Of a stretch of 64,000 nucleotides of DNA, positions 1-10,394 are shown one piece after another. Position numbers and translations under genes: made by a program. The notes below the pieces were generated by a model, which was not told the DNA's origin, searched no databases, and saw only the letters and a program-made list of their open reading frames with translations. Position 1 is the first letter of the stretch. The number at the start of each line of letters is the position of its first letter. Origin of the DNA: Mobula hypostoma (taxonomy: Eukaryota); assembly GCF_963921235.1 (NCBI RefSeq), contig NC_086108.1, positions 40,178,001 to 40,242,000 on the forward strand, read 5' to 3'.

Positions 1-500
1 CCTACAAAATGTGTGTTGGAAATGGCCCAGTCCATCACGGGTAAAGCCCTCCCCACCATTGAGCACATCTATACAGAGTGCTGTCACAGGCAAGTAGCAT
101 CCATCATCAAGGACCCCCGCCATACAGACCATGCTGTCCTCTTGTTCTGACATCAGGAAGAAGATACAGGACCCTCAGGACCCACACCACCAGGTTCAGG
201 AACAGTCATTACCCCTCAGCCATCAGGCTCGTGGTCCATAGGGGCTAACTCCACTCAAATGCCTCATCACCGAACAGCTCCCACAACCTATGGGCTCACT
301 TTCAAGGACTCTTCATATCACGTTCCTGATATTTATCGCTTTCTTGTTTATTTATTAGCTTGTTTGTTTATTTATTTATTTATTTATTATATTTTGCACA
401 ATTTGTTGCTTTTGCATATTGGTTGTTGATATCTCCTGTTGGGAGCGGTCTTTCATTGATTCTATTGTGTTTCTTGGTCCAGCATGTAAATGCCTTTACA
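1..500 (+). mobile_element. Rex1/Babar-type LINE, 3' fragment (decayed)
   Basis: 3' ORF-end motifs (gcccagtccatcacgggtaaagccctccccaccattgagcacatct...caccaccaggttcaggaacagt) shared with copies at 517-1105, 16345-17490 and 29295-30183; AT-rich tail. Boundaries approximate. Confidence 0.7.
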
Positions 501-516
501 AATAAAGCATACTAGT

Positions 517-1105
517 GCCTCTACATTCTTAGAAACTTACAAAAATTTGGGATGTCATCTAAAACATTGACAAACTTCAATAGATGTGTGGTGGAGAGTA
601 TATTGATTGGTTGCATCACGGCCTGGTTTGGAAACACTATTGCCCTCGAATGAAAGAAAAAGCATTTCAGGATGTATATTGTATACATTTTTCTGACATT
701 AAATTGTACCTTTGAAACCTTATGAAAATCTTACAAGAAGAATTGGATACAGTCCTGTCCATCACAGTTAAGCCTTCTCCGCATTCATTGGGCACATCTA
801 CATGAAGTGCTGTCGCTGGAAAACAACATCCAAAATCAAGGACCCCCACCATCAAGGCCAAGCCCTCTTCTCATAGCTGCCATCAGGAGGGAGGTTCAGG
901 AGCCTCAGGGTCCACTCCACCAGGTTCAGGATCATTATAACCCCTCAACCATCAGGCTGTTGAGCCGGAGGGGATAACTTCACTCGCCTCATCACTGAAC
1001 TGTTCCCACAATCTATGGACTCACTTTCAGAGACTTGGTGGTTGCTTTTTTTTTTGTTTCTTTGTATTTACTTTGAATGCCTGCAAAAAATTGTATTCAG
1101 AGTTG
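517..1105 (+). mobile_element. Rex1/Babar-type LINE 3' fragment, tail interrupted by the CR1 insertion (resumes 3781-3832)
   Basis: Same motifs as 1-500. Tail ...cagagttgt | atgatgacatatatgtactttgataac... matches the uninterrupted tail at 30115-30183. Confidence 0.7.
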
Positions 1106-1112
1106 TTAAGAT

Positions 1113-3659
1113 GTGGAATCGATATGGGTAGAGCTGCGTAACACTAAGGGGCAGAAGACGCTGGTGGGAGTTGTGTACAGGCCACCTAACAGTAGTAGTG
1201 AGGTCGAAGATGGTATTAAACAGGAAATTAGAAATGTGTGCAATAAAGGAACAGCAGTTATAATGGGTGACTTCAATCTACATGTAGACTGGGTGAACCA
1301 AATTGGTAAAGGTGCTGAGGAAGAGGATTTCTTGGAATGTATGCGGGATGGTTTTTTGAACCAACATGTCGAGGAACCGACTAGAGAGCAGGCTAATCTG
1401 GACTGGGTTTTGAGCAATGAGGAAGGGTTAATTAGCGATCTTGTCGTTAGAGGCCCCTTGGGTAAGAGTGACCATAATATGGTGGAATTCTTCATTAACA
1501 TGGAGAGTGACGTAGTTAATTCAGAAACAAAGGTTCTGAACTTAAAGAGGGGTAACTTTGAAGGTATGAGTCGTGAATTAGCTAAGATAGACTGGCAAAT
1601 GACACTTAAAGGATTGACGGTGGATATGCAATGGCAGGCATTTAAAGGTTGCATGGATGAACTACAACAATTGTTCATCCCAGTTTGGCAAAAGAATAAA
1701 TCAAGGAAGGTAGTGCACCCGTGGCTGACAAGAGAAATTAGGGATAGTATCAATTCCAAAGAAGTAGCATACAAATTAGCCAGAGAAAGTGGCTCACCTG
1801 AGGACTGGGAGAAATTCAGAGTTCAGCAGAGGAGGACAAAGGGCTTAATTAGGAAGGGGAAAAAAGATTATGAGAGAAAACTGGCAGAGAACATAAAAAC
1901 GGACTGTAAAAGCTTTTATAGATATGTAAAAAGGAAAAGACTGATAAAGACAAATGTAGGTCCCCTGCAAACAGAAACAGGTGAATTGATTATGGGGAGC
2001 AAGGACATGGCAGACCAATTGAATAATTACTTTGGTTCTGTCTTCACTAAGGAGGACATAAATAATCTTCCAGAAATAGTAAGGGACAGAGGGTCCGGTG
2101 AGATGGAGGAACTGAGTGAAATACATGTTAGTAGGGAAGTGGTGTTAGGTAAATTGAAGGGATTGAAGGCAGATAAATCCCCAGGGCCAGATGGTCTGCA
2201 TCCCAGAGTGCTTAAGGAAGTAGCCCAAGAAATAGTGGATGCATTAGTGATAATTTTTCAAAACTCGTTAGATTCTGGACTAGTTCCTAAGGATTGGAGG
2301 GTGGCTAATGTAACCCCACTTTTTAAAAAAAGAGGGAGAGAGAAACCGGGGAATTATAGGCCGGTTAGCCTAACGTCGGTGGTGGGGAAACTGCTGGAGT
2401 CAGTTATCAAGGATGTGATAACAGCACATTTGGAAAGCGGTGAAAGGATCGGACAAAGTCAGCATGGATTTGTGAAAGGAAAATCATGTCTGACGAATCT
2501 CATAGAATTTTTTGAGGATGTAACTAGTAGAGTGGATAGGGGAGAACCAGTGGATGTGGTATATTTGGATTTTCAAAAGGCTTTTGACAAGGTCCCACAC
2601 AGGAGATTAGTGTGCAAACTTAAAGCACACGGTATTGGGGGTAAGGTATTGGTGTGGGTGGAGAATTGGTTAGCAGACAGGAAGCAAAGAGTGGGAATAA
2701 ACGGGACCTTTTCAGAATGGCAGGCGGTGACTAGTGGGGTACCGCAAGGCTCAGTGCTGGGACCCCAGTTGTTTACAATATATATTAATGACTTGGATGA
2801 GGGAATTAAATGCAGCATCTCCAAGTTTGCAGATGACACGAAGCTGGGTGGCAGTGTTAGCAGTGAGGAGGATGCTAAGAGGATGCAGGGTGACTTGGAT
2901 AGGTTGGGTGAGTGGGCAAACTCATGGCAGATGCAATTTAATGTGGATAAATGTGAAGTTATCCACTTTGGTGGCAAAAATAGGAAAACAGATTATTATC
3001 TGAACGGTGGCCGATTAGGAAAAGGGGAGGTGCAACGAGACCTGGGTGTCATAATACACCAGTCATTGAAAGTGGGCATGCAGGTACAGCAGGCGGTGAA
3101 AAAGGCGAATGGTATGCTGGCATTTATAGCGAGAGGATTCGAGTACAGGAGCAGGGAGGTACTACTGCAGTTGTACAAGGCCTTGGTGAGACCACACCTG
3201 GAGTATTGTGTGCAGTTTTGGTCCCCTAATCTGAGGAAAGACATCTTTGCCATAGAGGGAGTACAAAGAAGGTTCACCAGATTGATTCCTGGGATGGCAG
3301 GTCTTTCATATGAAGAAAGACTGGATGAACTGGGCTTGTACTCGTTGGAATTTAGAAGATTGAGGGGGGATCTGATTGAAACGTATAAGATCCTAAAGGG
3401 ATTGGACAGGCTAGTTGCGGGAAGATTGTTCCCGATGTTGGGGAGGTCCAGAACGAGGGGTCACAGTTTGAGGATAGAGGGGAAGCCTTTTAGGACCGAG
3501 ATTAGGAAAAACTTCTTCACACAGAGAGTGGTGAATCTGTGGAATTCTCTGCCACAGCAAACTGTTGAGGCCAGTTCATTAGCTATGTTTAAAAGGAAGT
3601 TAGATATGGCCCTTGTAGGTACAGGGGTCAGGGAGTATGGAGGGAAGGCTGGGTTCTGA
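1113..3659 (+). CDS. CR1 ORF2 (partial APE endonuclease + reverse transcriptase), N-terminally truncated
   Basis: GVVYRPP, IMGDFN, LDWVL, SDH endonuclease motifs; KSPGPDG, NYRPVSLTS, YLDFQKAFDKV, GVPQGSVLGP, KFADD RT motifs; no stops over 848 codons. The true start lies upstream of the truncation. Confidence 0.92.
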   Translation: MESIWVELRNTKGQKTLVGVVYRPPNSSSEVEDGIKQEIRNVCNKGTAVIMGDFNLHVDWVNQIGKGAEEEDFLECMRDGFLNQHVEEPTREQANLDWVLSNEEGLISDLVVRGPLGKSDHNMVEFFINMESDVVNSETKVLNLKRGNFEGMSRELAKIDWQMTLKGLTVDMQWQAFKGCMDELQQLFIPVWQKNKSRKVVHPWLTREIRDSINSKEVAYKLARESGSPEDWEKFRVQQRRTKGLIRKGKKDYERKLAENIKTDCKSFYRYVKRKRLIKTNVGPLQTETGELIMGSKDMADQLNNYFGSVFTKEDINNLPEIVRDRGSGEMEELSEIHVSREVVLGKLKGLKADKSPGPDGLHPRVLKEVAQEIVDALVIIFQNSLDSGLVPKDWRVANVTPLFKKRGREKPGNYRPVSLTSVVGKLLESVIKDVITAHLESGERIGQSQHGFVKGKSCLTNLIEFFEDVTSRVDRGEPVDVVYLDFQKAFDKVPHRRLVCKLKAHGIGGKVLVWVENWLADRKQRVGINGTFSEWQAVTSGVPQGSVLGPQLFTIYINDLDEGIKCSISKFADDTKLGGSVSSEEDAKRMQGDLDRLGEWANSWQMQFNVDKCEVIHFGGKNRKTDYYLNGGRLGKGEVQRDLGVIIHQSLKVGMQVQQAVKKANGMLAFIARGFEYRSREVLLQLYKALVRPHLEYCVQFWSPNLRKDIFAIEGVQRRFTRLIPGMAGLSYEERLDELGLYSLEFRRLRGDLIETYKILKGLDRLVAGRLFPMLGRSRTRGHSLRIEGKPFRTEIRKNFFTQRVVNLWNSLPQQTVEASSLAMFKRKLDMALVGTGVREYGGKAGF

Positions 3660-3734
3660 GTTGGATGATCAGCCATGATCATAATAAATGGCGGTGCAGG
3701 CTCGAAGGGCCGAATGGCCTACTCCTGCACCTAT

Positions 3735-3780
3735 TTTCTATGTTTCTATGTTTCTATGTTTCTATGTTTCTGTGTTTCTA
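3735..3780 (+). repeat. (TTTCTATG)n CR1 terminal microsatellite
   Basis: Directly visible octamer repeat, about 5.5 units. Confidence 0.9.
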
Positions 3781-5429
3781 ATGATGACATATATGTACTT
3801 TGATAACATATTTACTTTGAACATTGAACTTTTAACCTTGACCTCCAGCAACCACAATCATCTTCATTGTGTGAACTCTGACTTCACATAATGTATGAGG
3901 TTTTATTTTAATGCCCACTGGCTTCAGTTTTACCAGGCTTCCTTGATGTGACACCCAGTCAAATGTTGCCTTGATAGCAATTGCGTCAGTCACATTTCAC
4001 CCTTGGAATCCATGTTGGATATGTGATGAGGCCTGCAGATGATTTGGTGAAACCCAAGCCAGTGTGCAGGCTATTTGTGGGTGAGTGCCACTTAGTAACA
4101 CTCTAATAGAACTAGACTATACTTCTTTGATGCAGGAATACTGCCAAGGGACTGCGCTTCTAGTAAAGCTAAAGTGCATATCTGAGACAAATTAAATACT
4201 AAAATGCAAATTTGTTAAACATCAGTATTAGAAAATACACAGACATGAGCATTCTATAATGTCATTATTACACACAAAAAAAACCTTCAACACAAGGTTT
4301 AACAGCAGTGGGGCATACATAAAGCAGAATATATGTATAACAAAAAGAAACCTCAACATATACTTAGAACATAATACAGAGTATGGAGAATTATTGTTCA
4401 GTAAAGGCCACAAAGTTTAGTTTCATCCAAAAATTCAAACGCTGATTAAAGTGCTAAACTAAAATTTCACACTTTTGTCAGATAACTGCTTGGTTGACAA
4501 GTATCAGTATACTGGGCAAACAGATTTGACATTTATCCACCACATCATTGTACATGCCTGTCCTCCTTCAAAGTGTTAGGTGATGTTTTTAGATGTCTAT
4601 GTATTTGCATATGCCTGGTGAGCTAATAATATAGAATCCATCCCTTCATCATATGCAACAAAAATGATAGACATGCATTACCATCATTCTGCAATGTGGA
4701 AATATCATGACCCCTTCTGACTAATAATAAACACTTTCTTAATGCTATATGCTATATATCTGAGCAGAATACTTCAAAAATCATATTATCCTTGAAAACA
4801 AGCATACTAACTATGAAACAGAAATACAGTCTTTAATCCCTCAGCAAACATCTTGCAGCACTTGAAAAAAAATTATAAACATCAAGGAAGTCCAATCTGA
4901 CACCATACCGAGCCATCTTCCAGTACCCTGTTGGAACACTCTGCATTCTTCCATTCAGGGTAATGCCAGCTCTAAATTATACATCTATAGTAAAGTGCAC
5001 TCTCCTTGACTAAACATTACAAAGACAAAAGGCAATGCAAAACAAGGTGTGGCAGTGAGATTTGTAATGTCATCCACCAGGCGCTCTGCACATTGAGGCT
5101 CACATTAAAGTCATTCATCATTCTGTCAATAATTGAACCACTTTGGGATTTGTTTTGTCTTTCTAAGCTACCTCCACACGATTTTTCACTTTGGATTTTT
5201 TCACTCTCCACCAACCTTGCACCTCACTCCCCTCTTGGGTGTGGTTATTGTAAGTGCTACATCGATCTCTCCCACCAAATGTAACCACTAAGTTGCTCTT
5301 TCTTTTTTGGTAACCATTTACATGAAAGGGAAAGCAAGCAAAAATGTTCCCTTGAGAGGAACAAACAACACCGGTAAGACTTGGGGCAATTTGCCTACTC
5401 TTTCACCATTCTGATTGAGAGACAAATGC

Positions 5430-6560
5430 TTGGCATGTGCTGTAATGATAATTTTAAAACATAACCTCATCCAGAAACCACACCCAGCATGGCCTTGTAA
5501 TTGGCTGATAGGCACTTTCACTTCTCGCATCTATTAAACCATCTCAAAGTTGAGAAAGAGATACTGGATTAGTATTTGGACATGAGAAATTCCATCTGTT
5601 CCAGTGCTCTGCTCTAGCAAAGGATCATAACCCACTCCTGGGAATATTAGATCCTAAATCAGTGAAGTCTTCTGTACCTGTATCAAAAACACAGTGACTG
5701 GCAAATTTTTCTTTCACTGCCTCACCATGCAGTTGAGGGTAGATCTTCTAAGTAGGATGCCTGGTAGCTCTGTCACAGCTCTGCTTGAGAACTCTAATGT
5801 TGAAGTGAAAATGTGCAAAGTGTAGCTGATTGGTACTCTCCCGATACTACATTTGAAACTGCAGACTTGAGGGTGCTATAATAATGTATGAATAAGCATC
5901 AACATGATAGACAGTATTGATGAGGAACTGAAATTATTCTGCATACATTGTAATGGGTTGCCACTTGAGCATGGACAACCAAATAGGTGCATGGGTTTAA
6001 TATACTGTGGAATATCAGGAGATAAAACCTTGGCCAACTGAACACACTAGGAACAAACAATATGAAAGTAATTGGAAGAAGCTTTGTTTGGATACAACCT
6101 TAAATCATTGGTGAGAGAATTCAGTGTGTTTCCCATTGGTTTAGGAAATAGAACAAATGGATTTCCTCTGCAGTCGTAGTAATGGCTGACTAGATGTTAC
6201 GGGGGGGCATGCTAGCAAGCAGCAAATGACAATTTTCTGATCATTCATAGTGGATTGGAGGGAAACACATACATTTATGTACCTAACACTGAACGTACTT
6301 TTGGGCTGAAACAGATTGTTGCATCACATGGCTTACCCACAGAGCATATTTTAGAAAATGGCCTCGGGTTTGACCAAGTCTGTTTGCAAACTTAATGACA
6401 TATGTGGTATCAAACAAGCACCTGTTTATTTATACTCTCTGGTTTCAAATGCAGCAATCAAAAGGTCAGTCAGAATAGTTAAAGAAACACTGTCGAATGA
6501 GGTGTTGCGGGGATATTCAAGTCTCAGAATGAACTATCATTTATAGTGAGAGAATACATT
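5430..6560 (+). pseudogene. Ancient, heavily decayed Gypsy pol remnant (RNase H - integrase)
   Basis: Broken translations KVEKEI/GLVFGHEKFHL (RNase H EKE..FG..KFH), QIVASHGLPTEHILENGLGF (integrase F..HGLP....DNG..F) and GIKQ...SNAAIKRSVRIVKETL, in the correct order. Confidence 0.55.
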
Positions 6561-6942
6561 ATTTATATCTCACTGGTAAAAGTGTAAAAGAAATAGAGAC
6601 ATTGTCTGGGCTGCAGAATGACCCCCTGGTGTCCAAGGTCATTTACATTCCCTTTGCACCGAGGGTCTGTTACCCATCCTCAGTGTATGGTCTCTGCCCA
6701 GTATCTTCAGTGCATGGATCACCACATATCTGTACCCTTAGTAAAATCTCTGAAGTAAACATACTCCATCACAGATGGGATTTCACTTAGCTGTCGTAAG
6801 TTCACATTTATTAAATAGACATGTGCTGAAACTTCAATGTGAGTGCCCACCCTGATGTATGGAGAAAGTGGAAAGGTATCCATTGCTTCAGCTGTTTATA
6901 AATGTGATTATTTGAACGTCAGACATTCTCATGCCAGGGATT

Positions 6943-7600
6943 ATTCAAAGATTCAAAGTACATTTATTGTCAAACTATGTATGCAATATACAACCCTGAG
7001 ATTCATTTTCCTACAGACAGCCACTGAAACAGAGAAAACCATTGAACCAGCTCAAAGAAAAACATCAAACCCCACAATGCACAAAAAAGAAACAAATTAT
7101 TTAAACAGCAAAATGAAGAGTGTAAAACACGGAATATAAAACAGAAGATTGTAAGATTTCGGTCATATTCAGTTCAGCTCAGTTTTAGTTCAATCTAATG
7201 CTGGGTTGTTCATTATCTGCAGGTTGCCCTGATCAAATTCGGCCAAAGTAGCAAGAAAAAAAAGTGACCAGAAACTAGAAACACTATAGAGTCCAATCCA
7301 TAAACCCCGTCGATTAAAACTTGCCCAAATCCCAGGACTCCAGTACCATCCTCTGACATCATTGAGGGAGAGAGAGAGATCTTTTGAACGCATGAACCTT
7401 CCTCTGGGAGCAGCAGGTGAGAGGTTAGTAGACAGTGCTGAACACCCACTCATCTTCCACTCTCGCCTCGATGATGTCAATCTTCTTCGGTGCTATAATC
7501 AGTGAGTTTGACGAGAAATGGAGTCGATCACAGGCTCGCACCCCATCTCCATGCTTCTTGTCCTTGAGGCTGCACACATCACTGAAAACCCTTGGAGACA
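6943..7600 (-). mobile_element. Non-autonomous retroposon with Rex-like 3' tail
   Basis: Minus-strand tail ctcagggttgtatattgcatac...aataaatgtactttgaatctttgaat; 5' boundary uncertain. Confidence 0.5.
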
Positions 7601-8195
7601 GCAAAGTGCCAATTGTTATGTTTATTAATGCTATCAGGCTGTGGTCTGGCGGATGTGGTGGGTATCCCAGAGGAGACTCAAAAGTATTTTTTATTCTTTT
7701 GTTTGGTACTACCACAGTTGAGGATAAGGAGGTTGTCCAAGTTACCTCCTCTATCTAGCTGTTCCCTTGTCCACTGCCATTGATAACTGGTAGTGGCAGG
7801 ACAGCAAAGCTTTGACCTGATCCGTTATCTTTGGGATTACTTGGTTCTCTACTACACATAGATTCCACATTTGGGTGTGCTTGTTATTAGCTGTCATAGC
7901 TATATTAGTTTGGCACCTCATTTTCAGGTCTGCCATGTTGTATCTTTCCTGGTAATGGCGCTGTGAAGGATCTGCTGGTCTACGCTTTTCCATGATGTCC
8001 AGGAAATAAAACGCTACTGCTGTTGGCCTTTTGCCTTTTGGCTTTCACTTACTAGATCTGTTAGGAGCAAATAGAATTGAATCTGATTTCCAATGATGCC
8101 ACTCTTTCCCAACTGTATATCACTCTGCCACCACCTTTGGTGAGTATTATGTGATGATGGGTCAGATCATATTGAGGAATGGTGATACAGTTATC

Positions 8196-8692
8196 TCTTG
8201 TACCTAAAAATAGGCCACTGAATATGTGTTTGTGGTCTTCTGCTGCTTTAGCCCATCCACTTCAACTTTCAATGTGCTGTGCATTTGAAGAAGTTCTTCT
8301 GCACACCACTGTTGTAACACATGGTTATTTGAGTTACTGTTGCCTTCCAATCAGCTCTGGCCATTCTCCTCTGACCTCTCTCTTTATCAAGGTGTTTGTG
8401 CCCACAGAACTGCCCCTCACTGGAGCTTTTTTTTGTTTTTCACACCATTCTCTGTAAATTCTAGAGTTTGTTGAGTGTGAAAATCCCAGGAGAGCAGCTT
8501 CTGAGATAATCAAACCACCCTGCCTGGCACCAACAATCATTCCACAGTCAAAGTCACTTAGGTCACATTTCTTCCCCTTTCTTACATTTGGTCTGAACAA
8601 TAACTGAACCTCTTGACCATGTCTGCATGCTTTTATGCACTGAGATGCTGCTACATAATTGGCTGATTAGATATTTGCATTAATGAGCAGGT
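8196..8692 (-). mobile_element. Non-autonomous Tc1-like element (left part; terminus continues at 13169-13201)
   Basis: Minus-strand GKKCDLSDFDCGMIVGARQGGL..SEAALLGFSHST HTH typical of Tc1 transposase N-termini; terminal gtacctaataaagtggccactgag after the LTR element; homologous to 50629-51197. Confidence 0.75.
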
Positions 8693-8924
8693 TGTGGTAA
8701 ACTATATATATGTTGTAACTGGGTTAACTGTCTGGACATGCCCCTCTGCTAACAGCCACTGTGGCTCCTCCCACAGATTCATGAATAAAGGTGATTCCGC
8801 CTTGCCCCTCCCCCTCAGTCCAGGGGCAAACACTCAGCATGGAGGTCGTATTGTTGTACAGCGCATAAAAGCCTTTCAGTATTTTACCCAACCTCAGTCT
8901 TTTGGAGTTATTGAAGGTGCTTCA
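8693..8924 (+). repeat. 5' LTR of Gypsy A
   Basis: tgtggtaaac...gaaggtgcttca; roughly 92% identical by eye to 12931-13163. Confidence 0.95.
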
Positions 8925-8925
8925 A

Positions 8926-8939
8926 TTTTATTCGCTGTA
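8926..8939 (+). promoter_or_regulatory. Non-tRNA primer-binding site, complementary to LTR motif (putative self-priming)
   Basis: TTTTATTCGCTGTA is the reverse complement of TACAGCGAATAAAA (14/14 at 13096-13109; 13/14 at 8857-8870); no TGG start. Confidence 0.75.
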
Positions 8940-8950
8940 TGTTTTAAAGC

Positions 8951-10394
8951 ATGGAACATTCACTGAAACCCAACAAGTTAGACCTTGATCCGCAAATGCC
9001 TGAAGCTGGAAAAGCTTTCGAACTCTGGCTGACCTGCTTCGAAGCGTACCTAGACGAGATTAAAGCGACCGACCCTGTAGCGAAGCGCAGAGTTCTACTC
9101 TCCAGGGTCATTCCACGGGTCTATTCGCTAATCAGAGACCAGCCGAGCTACGACGGCGCGATGAGCACCCTCAAAGGACAATACCTGCGGCCGATAAACA
9201 GCGTCTACGCACAACATCACTTAGTGACACGGCAACAACCGCCTGGGGAATCAAGTGCTGAGTTCATCCAGGCCCTACGGACACTCGTGCGGGCCTGCAA
9301 TTGCCAGGAGCTAACGGCGACGCAGCATGCAGAGCTCCTAGTGAGAGACGCCTTCGTCACGGGGACCAGGTCAGTGTATGTGCGCCAGCGGCTGTTGGAA
9401 AAAGCCGATCTTACCTTAAGTTCGGCGATTGAGCTGGCTGACACGCTGGAAGCCGCTCTGCGCAACTCTGAGGCTCTCCAGGCACGCGATCCCCCGACGG
9501 CCTTGTGGGAGCCGCGGACCCTGCAACCCACCGGCGAATTGACCTCGGCTGCTGCCAGTTGTGAGTCCGCGAAGTGCTACTTCTGCGGACTCGAGAAGCA
9601 CCCCCGGAAAATGCTGCCCGGCCCGAGAAGCTACCTGCTCCAGCTGTGGAAAGAAGGGCAACTTCGGGTAGGTTTGTAAGTCCAAACCGCAAGCGGGATC
9701 GAGCAGTGCCGCGTGCGAAACATGGGGGTCGCCATCTTCCCTGCACACTGCCACCACGTGCGAGACATGGGGGCCGCCATCTTCCCTGCACGCCACCACA
9801 TGCAAGACATGGGGGCGGCCATCTTGTTCGGCGCCACCTTCCACCGCCTACAACCAACGGGAGCTCACGGGGCACCCCACTGCGCCGAACCAAGACAGCG
9901 ACTCAACCCTGGCTTCCGTGACCCTCGACCAAAGCGCTCCCCACCAGCTCGCAAGGTCAATGATGGACATCCTGGTGGAGGGGCACAGGACAAGCTGCCT
10001 GTTTGACATGGGCAGCGCAGAGAGTTTTTTCCACCCGGCCACGGTGCAGCATTGCGGACTCATGATACGGCCGGTAAGTCAGAGGGTCACAATGGCTTCC
10101 GGGTCGCATACAGCAGACATCCGGGGGGGGTTGTGTAGCGACACTAGTGGTGCAGGGCACAGAATACCGGGACTTTACATTACTGGTCTTGCCTCAACTG
10201 TGTGCCCCTGTGCTGTTGGGGCTCGACTTCCAGAGCCACCTGAAAAGTGTGACAATGAAGTATGATGGGCCCCTCCCACCAATTACTGTCGTAAATCCCC
10301 AGTTTTGTAGGGATACCCCGCTACTGACCACACACACACACCGACCCGCACATCCCATCCAACACCATGCCAACTGCCACACTACCGACACCAC
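8951..10394 (+). pseudogene. gag: Gypsy A gag + protease, frameshifted
   Basis: Gag ORF from ATG 8951 with LVRDAFVTG. Zinc knuckles CYFCGLEKHPRK(C) and CSSCGKKGNF..VC are split by a frameshift near 9607-9610 and a TAG near 9669. Protease LFDMGSAESF and VLLGLDF, with frameshifts near 10125 and 10400. Confidence 0.85.

Larger units (their letters stand above)
1106..3780 (+). mobile_element. CR1 LINE, 5'-truncated, young copy
   Basis: Open ORF2, short 3'UTR and terminal (TTTCTATG)n repeat typical of CR1 3' ends. Confidence 0.95.

Noticed and set aside
1106..3682. Minus-strand ORFs (222, 93, 134, 93, 73 aa) as genes
   Set aside because: Antisense shadows of CR1 ORF2.
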